Source: Gemmatimonadota bacterium | Lineage (GTDB): Bacteria > Gemmatimonadota > Gemmatimonadetes > Gemmatimonadales > Gemmatimonadaceae | Assembly (NCBI GenBank): GCA_040389905.1 | Contig: JAZJZK010000063.1 | Location: forward strand, 1-15,250 | Direction: 5' to 3' | Length of the DNA: 15,250 nucleotides | In this document: positions 8,862-15,250 of the stretch, piece after piece | How the letters are laid out: every line of letters begins with the position of its first letter | How positions within the stretch are numbered: the first letter of the stretch is position 1 | Made by a program: the position numbers and the translations under genes | Notes under the pieces: generated by a model | Told to the model about the DNA's origin: nothing | Seen by the model: only the letters and a program-made list of their open reading frames with translations | Databases searched by the model: none

Positions 8862-9035
8862 AGTGTTCCCCTACATCTGGACGATGAGCGCGGTGACCAT
8901 CCCGAACACGCCGCGATCATTCTCGGTTGCGGGACGGTACAACAGTGAGAGCCAGCTGAGCCGGATTGTGCGGTTGCCGGTGACGTCATAGGATATTGAT
9001 GGCCTTGAATCTCGCCATCCTCGACGTCTCGTTCT

Positions 9036-9097
9036 GTCGGGCGAAGCGCGATCTTTCCCGCGGTCGGCCCCTACGGGCTTGTCGGGAGTTTCCCCAC
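9036..9097. promoter_or_regulatory. Three phased 17-bp boxes GT(C/A)GGG-N5-CCC(G/T)AC-like in the regulator/kinase divergent region
   Basis: GTCGGGCGAAGCGCGAT (9036, +), GTAGGGGCCGACCGCGG (9058-9074, -) and GTCGGGAGTTTCCCCAC (9081, +), spaced 22 and 23 bp. The last shares GTCGGGRRTTTCCC with the box at 5455. Confidence 0.55.
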
Positions 9098-9113
9098 ACA
9101 ACATTTTCGACGC

Positions 9114-10247
9114 ATGAAAGACGCCCAGGCGGCGGCGCGCGGCGCAGCAATGAATCACCCGCTCCCCGCAGACATGTTCGCAGGGTTCGTCGCGTTGTCC
9201 TCCGACGCCGTCATCGCGGTGGATCACGAGTTCAATATCGTGTTTTTCAACGCCGGCGCGGAGCGAATCTTCGAGTGGACCGCCGAAGAGATCTGGGGGA
9301 AGCCCCTCGCCCTTCTCCTGCCGGAGCGCTTCCGTGCGTCGCATTCAGGGCATATGCACGGGTTCGCCGCGGCACACGGCAAGGCGCGCACCATGGGAGA
9401 GCGCCAACTGATCTCGGGAGTGCGCAAGTCCGGTGAGGAATTCGCCGCCGAGGCGTCCATCCAGCAGATGGTGTTCGACAATCGTCCGGTCTTTTCCGCA
9501 ACGCTGCGCGACATCAGCCCGCGACAGCGCGCGGAGGATGCGTTGCGTCAGGCGATCAAGGCGCGGGACGACATGATCGGCATCGTCTCGCACGATCTCC
9601 GCAACCCCGCCAACGCGGTCAAGATGCTCGCGCAGAGCATCATCGCTGAAGGGGCGACGCTCCCCGAGTCGGTCGTCGAGCGACTGGGGGTGGTTCACCA
9701 GGCCGCCGTGCAGATCGATACGCTGATCCAGGATCTCCTCGACGTCACGCGCGTCGAGGCGGGACAGATGACCGTCACGCCTCGGTCGATCGACATCGGG
9801 GAGGTGGTACGGGGCGCGATCGCGCCGCTCAGGCCGCTCGCGCAGTCCCGTTCCATCGCCCTCGAGGTCGATGTCGAGACGGGACTCCCACTCGTCAACG
9901 GCGATCCACAACGCGTGGTTCAGGTGATCTCCAATCTCATTGGCAATGCGTTGAAGTTCACGGAGGAATACGGACGCATTGCCATTTCGGTCTCGCGCCG
10001 GGAGGGGATGGTGGAGGTGCGCGTCGCGGACAATGGTGTGGGAATCCCGCCGCAACAACTCCCGCACGTTTTCGACCGCTTCTACTCGGCGGCGCCTGGC
10101 GCCAGGCGACAGGGTGCTGGCCTCGGCCTGCCGATCGCGCGTGGCATCGTCGAGGCGCATGGTGGGAAGATTTGGGTCGACAGCACGGTCGGCGAGGGCA
10201 CGACCGTTCACTTTACCCTTCCGGTCGCCGACCGCCGCGCGAGCTGA
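9114..10247 (+). CDS. Cytoplasmic PAS-HisKA-HATPase sensor histidine kinase with putative heme-binding PAS, 377 aa
   Basis: PAS FNAGAERIF..LLPERFRASH..ARTMGER..GVRKSGEEF; H-box VSHDLRNP; N-box NLIGNALKFT; DNGVGI; FDRFY; GAGLGL. No transmembrane segment. Start is 9114 (CATTTT at -12..-7, possibly leaderless) or 9150. Confidence 0.93.
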   Translation: MKDAQAAARGAAMNHPLPADMFAGFVALSSDAVIAVDHEFNIVFFNAGAERIFEWTAEEIWGKPLALLLPERFRASHSGHMHGFAAAHGKARTMGERQLISGVRKSGEEFAAEASIQQMVFDNRPVFSATLRDISPRQRAEDALRQAIKARDDMIGIVSHDLRNPANAVKMLAQSIIAEGATLPESVVERLGVVHQAAVQIDTLIQDLLDVTRVEAGQMTVTPRSIDIGEVVRGAIAPLRPLAQSRSIALEVDVETGLPLVNGDPQRVVQVISNLIGNALKFTEEYGRIAISVSRREGMVEVRVADNGVGIPPQQLPHVFDRFYSAAPGARRQGAGLGLPIARGIVEAHGGKIWVDSTVGEGTTVHFTLPVADRRAS

Positions 10248-10250
10248 CGA

Positions 10251-11438
10251 TCAGCCGAGCGCGCCCGAGTCCATGCGCTCGATCAACTCCAGCATTCCGC
10301 GCGATTCCCAGACGCGATTGCGCCGCGAGTCACCCGCCGGCACGAGCACACCCGCCGCTTCGAGCTGATCGATCGCCTGATACACTGCCGCCTTTGCACG
10401 TCCACTGGCGGCGACGGCGATCGGTCCGCTGATCATCGGATGCGCCGGTAACACATCGATCACCGCCCACGCGGCGGCTCCCGCGCGCGGGGCCGCTGCG
10501 GCGGACAGCATCGACCGCCAGTCTTCCTGGAGTGCAGTCACGGCCTGGAGATACTGCAGGGCCAATCGCGCAGCGTGCGTCGTTACCCCTGCGAAGTATT
10601 CGATCCACGCTTGCGCACCGTCGCCCCGAAAGGCTGTCAGCCCGTCGATATAGCGCTGACGCGCACCCGCGAAGACGACGCTGATCGGAGGCAAATATGC
10701 GAACGCCGGATTCCGGCGGCGAAGTACCACGTGAACGAGTGCGCGTCCGGTGCGTCCGTTGCCATCATCGAATGGGTGAATCGTTTCGAACTGCGCGTGC
10801 ACCAGGGCAGCCTGCACGAGGGGCGAGAGGCTGTCGTCATTGATGGCACGACAGAGATCGTCGAGGAGCGCACCGATCATGTCGGGCGGTGGCGGTACGA
10901 AGTTCGCGCCGCATGGGTTGTAGTCGTTGCCACCGATCCAGTTCTGGGTGGTGCGCAGCCGTCCGGCGATTCGTGCATTCGACGCGTGCATCAGCCGTTG
11001 GTGGATGGCGGTGATGTGCGCCTCCGTGAAATGGTCGCACTCAACGGCCTCGAGCACGGCGAGCTCCATCGCGTCGATGTTTGCGAGTACCTCCATCGCG
11101 GAGCTTCCCACGCGACGGCCGGAATCGGCCTTCGCCTCCGCTCGTGCCAATTCCCGTGTTCCGACCTGCATCCCCTCGACCTTCGAGGACGCGATGGATT
11201 CGGTGCGCAGGAGTAAGCGACTCAGCGGAGCGAGCGCCGGGCGCGCGGTCGCGTTCAGTAGGGAGATGCCGTGTTCGGCCTCCGAAATCATTCCGGCCAC
11301 AGCGAGGTCAACGTGGATCCGAAGATCTGCGAGCGCGTCAGGTACGAACGCCTCGTACCGGCATGCTCGGCGGTATTTGGCCGGGGCGTGCAGCGTGGGG
11401 TCGTGCTGCCAGAACGCACTGATGTTGCGACCAGGCAT
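10251..11438 (-). CDS. Fic family protein (AMPylase fold, class II with N-terminal inhibitory motif), 395 aa
   Basis: Canonical HPFDDGNGRTGR active-site motif. (S/T)xxxE(G/N) motif SSKVEG N-terminal to the Fic core. C-terminal HTH-like segment (KAAVYQAIDQLEAAGVL..RRNRVWE). Confidence 0.93.
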   Translation of the reverse strand: MPGRNISAFWQHDPTLHAPAKYRRACRYEAFVPDALADLRIHVDLAVAGMISEAEHGISLLNATARPALAPLSRLLLRTESIASSKVEGMQVGTRELARAEAKADSGRRVGSSAMEVLANIDAMELAVLEAVECDHFTEAHITAIHQRLMHASNARIAGRLRTTQNWIGGNDYNPCGANFVPPPPDMIGALLDDLCRAINDDSLSPLVQAALVHAQFETIHPFDDGNGRTGRALVHVVLRRRNPAFAYLPPISVVFAGARQRYIDGLTAFRGDGAQAWIEYFAGVTTHAARLALQYLQAVTALQEDWRSMLSAAAAPRAGAAAWAVIDVLPAHPMISGPIAVAASGRAKAAVYQAIDQLEAAGVLVPAGDSRRNRVWESRGMLELIERMDSGALG

Positions 11439-11484
11439 GGTGAGTGGGTGCGGTTATCCTGAAACAGTTATCGGCAAGATGTTC

Positions 11485-11547
11485 AATATAACAGCAAACT
11501 AAACTAATAGTCTCGATAAATATAACTTCGTCAATAAACTAAACTAA
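11485..11547. repeat. Bipartite direct repeat AATATAAC...AAACTAAACTAA x2 in the AT-rich fic upstream region
   Basis: AATATAAC at 11485 and 11519. AAACTAAACTAA at 11496-11507 and 11536-11547. Confidence 0.8.
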
Positions 11548-11594
11548 CATGGCACAATAGTTCAGAATATTGGCGACAGAACCGTCATCGGCAA

Positions 11595-11610
11595 GCAAGT
11601 AGGTACTTGC
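11595..11610. promoter_or_regulatory. Probable TetR operator, GCAAGTA-GG-TACTTGC
   Basis: Perfect 7-2-7 palindrome overlapping the putative -35 of the tetR operon. Confidence 0.7.
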
Positions 11611-11634
11611 ATACCCATCCGTTTTCGCTAGACT
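11607..11634 (+). promoter_or_regulatory. Putative sigma70 promoter TTGCAT-N16-TAGACT of the tetR-efflux operon (near-leaderless)
   Basis: Good -35/-10 matches. The -10 ends 8 nt before ATG 11643, and no SD is present. Confidence 0.6.
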
Positions 11635-11642
11635 CAGCGCCC

Positions 11643-12224
11643 ATGATCTCACGCGAACGAATCCTGGAAGCGGCTGGACGGGTCTATGCCAAGCACGGCT
11701 TCCGCGGCGCGACGACGCGCCTCATCGCCATCGAAGCCGGGGTCAACGAAGTCACCCTCTTCCGGACCTTCGGCTCGAAGAGCGCCCTCATCGATGCCGT
11801 CCTGATGCAACAGGCCGTCTCGAAACCCGCACTCGAGCTGCCCGCAACCCCAATCGACCCAGCGGCCGAGCTCACCCCCTGGGTGCAAATGAACCTCGAA
11901 CGTGTTCGCGAGATTCGTCCACTGCTGGTGCACAGCATGGGTGAAATCGACGAACGTCCCGAAGCCGCCGAATTCGCCTGCCGCGGTCGCCAGATGGTGC
12001 ACGAATGCATTACGCGCTACGTCCGTGCACTTCAGGACAATGGCATGGCTGACGCAGAGACGGATGCCGACACTGCGGCCGTCATGCTCGTTGGCACCGT
12101 CATGAGCGACGCCATCGCGCGAAGCTTCGTACCCGCTGTCTATCCGCCGCTCGACGAAGCCGCCGAGCGCTACACCACTGCCTTTCTTCGCATGCTGGGC
12201 GTGAAGAAGGTGGTCTCCACGTGA
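11643..12224 (+). CDS. TetR/AcrR family transcriptional regulator, 193 aa
   Basis: RERILEAAGRVYAKHGFRGATTRLIAIEAGVNEVTLFRTFGSKSAL is a TetR HTH. GTGA overlap with the next gene. Confidence 0.95.
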   Translation: MISRERILEAAGRVYAKHGFRGATTRLIAIEAGVNEVTLFRTFGSKSALIDAVLMQQAVSKPALELPATPIDPAAELTPWVQMNLERVREIRPLLVHSMGEIDERPEAAEFACRGRQMVHECITRYVRALQDNGMADAETDADTAAVMLVGTVMSDAIARSFVPAVYPPLDEAAERYTTAFLRMLGVKKVVST

Positions 12225-13903
12225 CTCACCCTTCCGCACTCCTCACCGCAATGACCCCCGCTTGGGCCGGGGCAGGGAGCGTCCGCTCGCGCCTTCGCGC
12301 GTTCGTACTCCTGCTCGCGGTCATGACCGTCCCCGCGCATGTCCACGCGCAGGCACCGCAGGCCCTCTCGCTCGACGACGCGATCCGGCTCGCCGCACGC
12401 GAGAGCGAAGCGCTCACCATCGCCCGGGCCGGCATCTCGCGCGCTTCCGGACAGGTGAAACAGGCGCGCAGCCAATCGCTCCCGCAGGTCAATTCGAGTC
12501 TCGCCTACGCGCGCACGCTCAAGTCGCAATTCAGCGCACTCGCGAGTACCTCCAGCGACTCATCGACCTCCACCACGCCAAAACCCTCGTCGGTGTGCGC
12601 GCCGAAGATCGCCGCCAACGCAACAGCCGCCGAGCGCGCCGCGGCACTCGCGCAGGCCTCGACCTGTGAGGCGGTGCAGGGCATCGACTTCAGCAAGGTC
12701 GGCTTCGGCGCCCGCAACGCGTACACCCTGGGGCTCAACGTCACGCAGAACGTCTTCTCGGGTGGGCGTATCGAGGGACAGACGGCCACGGCGAATGCAC
12801 AACAGCGGACCGCCGAGATCGACCTCGTGTCGCAACGCGCACAGCTGGCGCTCGATGTCACGCAGGCCTATTTCGACGCCGTCCTCGCCGACCGTCTCGT
12901 CACCATCGCGGACACGACGCTCGCGCAAACGGAAGAGCTCCTGCGCCAAACGCAGGTCGCCCGGCAGGTCGGCAACACGAGCGAGTTCGATCTCCTCCGC
13001 GCGACCGTCACCCGCGACAACCAGCGCCCCGTGCTCATCACTCGGCGCGGTGACCGCGACATCGCATACCTGCGCCTCAAGCAACTCCTCAACCTCCCGC
13101 TCGACGCACCGCTCCGGCTCACGACACCCATCGATGAGCCGGCAACCGTGACGACAGTGATCGCCGCCAACGCGGCCGCCGATGCACCCTCCGGCGTTTC
13201 TGCGGCTGACACGACGACCGCGCGTCGTGCACCGGTTCGCGAGAGCGAGCAGGCGGTGTTTGCCCAGGAAGGCCAACTCCGATCAGCGCGCGCCGATCTC
13301 AAGCCCTCACTCTCGCTGAGCACGAATTACCAGCGCCTCTTCTTCCCCAGCAGCGTGTTCCCGATCCTCAATCAGTACAGCCAGAACTGGACGATTGGTG
13401 GAACGCTCAACTGGTCGCTCTTCAGCGGTGGCCGCGTCGCCGGCCAGATCGAAGTCGCGCAAGCCAACCTCGATGAAGCACGAGCCCGCCTGCAGCAAGC
13501 GAAAGAGCTCGCGTCACTGGATACGCGCGTCGCACTGAATCAGCTCCAGGCGGCGGAAGCGTCATTCGACGCGAGCCGAGGCACGGCCCAGCAGGCTCAG
13601 CGTGCCTACACGATCGATCAGTTGCGCTATCGCGAAGGGTTGAGCACGCAGACCGACCTCACGCAGTCGCGCCTGCTCCTCGAACAGGCACTCGCCAATC
13701 AGGCGCAGTCGGCGCGCGATCTCGCCGTCGCACGCGCACGCGTTGCACTCATTCGCGACCTCCCGATCAACACCAACGCACTCGGCGCCGCGGCGCAGCG
13801 CGCGGCCGCCGCGGCGCAGCAGCAGCCTCCACAGCAACAGCGGACACAATCTTCCGCCGCCGGTTCAGCTGGCGCGGGACCAATCGGGAACCCCACGCCA
13901 TGA
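12221..13903 (+). CDS. TolC-family outer membrane efflux protein, 560 aa
   Basis: Signal peptide ..AHVHA|Q, LSLDDAIRLA, two OEP repeats (SLPQVN..NVFSGGR; LKPSLSL..WSLFSGGR), QAYFD, RYREGL. Coupled to tetR and to the MFP gene by 4-nt overlaps. Confidence 0.92.
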   Translation: MTHPSALLTAMTPAWAGAGSVRSRLRAFVLLLAVMTVPAHVHAQAPQALSLDDAIRLAARESEALTIARAGISRASGQVKQARSQSLPQVNSSLAYARTLKSQFSALASTSSDSSTSTTPKPSSVCAPKIAANATAAERAAALAQASTCEAVQGIDFSKVGFGARNAYTLGLNVTQNVFSGGRIEGQTATANAQQRTAEIDLVSQRAQLALDVTQAYFDAVLADRLVTIADTTLAQTEELLRQTQVARQVGNTSEFDLLRATVTRDNQRPVLITRRGDRDIAYLRLKQLLNLPLDAPLRLTTPIDEPATVTTVIAANAAADAPSGVSAADTTTARRAPVRESEQAVFAQEGQLRSARADLKPSLSLSTNYQRLFFPSSVFPILNQYSQNWTIGGTLNWSLFSGGRVAGQIEVAQANLDEARARLQQAKELASLDTRVALNQLQAAEASFDASRGTAQQAQRAYTIDQLRYREGLSTQTDLTQSRLLLEQALANQAQSARDLAVARARVALIRDLPINTNALGAAAQRAAAAAQQQPPQQQRTQSSAAGSAGAGPIGNPTP

Positions 13904-15045
13904 TCGACCCCACAACCAAAATGTCCACTCGCCTGAATTCCGCGGCACTGTTGCTCGTGTCCGTCGTCGCACTGTCTGCGGCCGCATGCAAGAAGGCCGA
14001 CAACGCCAACGCGGCGTCGACCGCGAAACCGGAAACCATGCTCGTCGGTCCCGAGAACGTCACCGTCGTGCGCGCGGAGCTGATCAAAACCGGTCCGGCA
14101 ATTTCCGGATCGCTCGCTCCGCTCAAGTCGGCAACGATTCGCTCCGAGCTATCTGGTGCGGTCCTTCAGACATCGGCCGAAGCGGGCCAGCCGGTGCGCG
14201 CAGGGCAGGCACTCGCACAGATCGATGCGGCGGTGTTGCGTGATCAGCTGTTGTCGGCGAAGTCCGCCGTGACCACGGCGGAGAGCAGCTTCGAAATCGC
14301 GAAGCGCGACGTCCAGCGCAACGAGACCCTGGAAAAGGCCGGTGCGATCGCCGCACGGCAGGTCGAAGGGTCGCGCAACCAGTTGCTCGCGGCGACGTCC
14401 CAGCTCTCGAACGCGCGCGCACAGCTGGCGAACGTGCAGAAGATGCTCGACAAGGCCAGTGTACAGGCGCCCTTCACGGGCGTCGTCGCGCAGCGGCAGG
14501 TGAGCGCCGGTGATGTCGTGTCTCCCGGCACGGCGCTGTTCACCATCGTCGACCCGGGCAGCATGCAACTCGAAGCCAGCGTGCCCGCGGAGCAACTGGG
14601 CCAGGTGCGACTCGGCATGCCGGTCGAGTTCAAGGTGAACGGGTATCCAACGCGCGCGTTCACGGGCCGCATCACGAGAGTGAATCCGACGGCTGATCCG
14701 ACCACGCGTCAGGTCAAGATCGTCGCGGCCATTCCCAATGCCGGGAACGCACTCGTTGGCGGACTGTTCGCCGAAGGGCGCGTGAGCACCGAGTCACGCA
14801 ATGCGCCGATGGTCTCGGTCGCCGCGGTCGACGAGCGCGGCCTGCGCCCCTACGTCATGCGCCTCAAGAATGGGAAGATCGAAAAGGTCGAAGTGGGACT
14901 CGGCATCCGCGACGCCGCGGCCGAAACGGTTGAGATCACGTCTGGGCTCGCGCAGGGCGACACCGTGCTGCTCGGCGCAGCACGTGGCATCACGCCTGGC
15001 ACACCGGTGAAGGTGTCGGCGCCGTCTGATTCGAAGGTCAAGTAG
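13900..15045 (+). CDS. Efflux RND transporter periplasmic adaptor (MFP), lipoprotein, 381 aa
   Basis: Lipobox-like SAAAC, lipoyl halves (SELSGAV..EAGQPVRAGQALAQID; QAPFTGVV..GDVVSPGTALFTI), a coiled hairpin, GRITRVNPTADPTTR, VEITSGLAQGDTV. ATGA overlap with the TolC-family gene. Confidence 0.95.
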   Translation: MIDPTTKMSTRLNSAALLLVSVVALSAAACKKADNANAASTAKPETMLVGPENVTVVRAELIKTGPAISGSLAPLKSATIRSELSGAVLQTSAEAGQPVRAGQALAQIDAAVLRDQLLSAKSAVTTAESSFEIAKRDVQRNETLEKAGAIAARQVEGSRNQLLAATSQLSNARAQLANVQKMLDKASVQAPFTGVVAQRQVSAGDVVSPGTALFTIVDPGSMQLEASVPAEQLGQVRLGMPVEFKVNGYPTRAFTGRITRVNPTADPTTRQVKIVAAIPNAGNALVGGLFAEGRVSTESRNAPMVSVAAVDERGLRPYVMRLKNGKIEKVEVGLGIRDAAAETVEITSGLAQGDTVLLGAARGITPGTPVKVSAPSDSKVK

Positions 15046-15250
15046 GAACTGCAACTGCACGACTGCGATGGAACCACTGCAATTGAACCACAGAGGACAC
15101 AGAGGAACACAGAGGACTACGTAAGAACAAAAGCCAAGAGCAAAAGCAAAAGCAAGTAAATAGCGTTCAAGCTGTTCCGTTTTGGTCTGTTCCGCTGTCC
15201 TCTGTGTCCTCTGTGTCCTCTGTGTCCTCTGTGTCCTCTGTGTCCTCTGT
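15046..15250. repeat. Hairpin-forming 9-bp tandem repeat element: (ACACAGAGG)~3 ... (TGTCCTCTG)6+, preceded by ACTGC units; runs off the window end
   Basis: About three CACAGAGG units at 15088-15115. Six exact TGTCCTCTG copies at 15196-15249, complementary to them. A-rich then T-rich spacer. ACTGC x4 at 15048-15080. Confidence 0.9.

Noticed and set aside
8862..8875. GTAGGG half-site next to the regulator start as a seventh operator
   Set aside because: It is adequately explained as the SD plus the stop of the upstream small ORF, and has no inverted partner.
8136..10211. Long opposite-strand ORFs (e.g. 8136..8948, 9345..10211, and likewise 3472..4293, 7271..7993, 12560..13276)
   Set aside because: These are antisense shadows of well-supported genes, expected in high-GC DNA, with no motifs.
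10251..11590. Fic region as a prophage, integrative element or defence island
   Set aside because: No integrase, transposase, att-like flanking repeats, tRNA or other defence genes are visible.
11607..11642. TTG start for tetR at 11607
   Set aside because: It coincides with the operator and -35. The TetR HTH begins right after ATG 11643.
15088..15250. CRISPR array
   Set aside because: The 9-bp units are contiguous with no unique spacers, and there are no cas genes in the window.

Overview
High-GC bacterial chromosomal DNA. A Gemmatimonadota-like origin is inferred from gene style and intergenic repeat types, but is not proven. In order, the window holds: two tandem paralogous secreted small beta-rich proteins duplicated together with their promoters; a divergent GH20 beta-N-acetylhexosaminidase lipoprotein; an intergenic cluster of REP-like palindromes; a signalling block; a class II Fic protein with an AT-rich, repeat-bearing upstream region; and a TetR-TolC-MFP efflux operon. 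The window ends in a 9-bp tandem/inverted repeat element. The signalling block contains a frameshifted PAS-PAS-PAS hybrid kinase, a hypothetical exported protein, an operon of NarL/FixJ-type regulator > sulP (internally deleted) > PNPOx-like gene, and a divergent PAS histidine kinase with FixL/DosP heme-site residues. The best candidate for an undescribed system is this block, read as a FixL/DosR-like oxygen-sensing module. Both of its divergent promoter regions carry triple GTCGGG-type boxes at about 22-bp spacing, there is a hidden candidate small ORF ahead of the regulator, and all detected lesions in the window fall inside it. No rRNA, tRNA, CRISPR array, transposase or integrase was seen.
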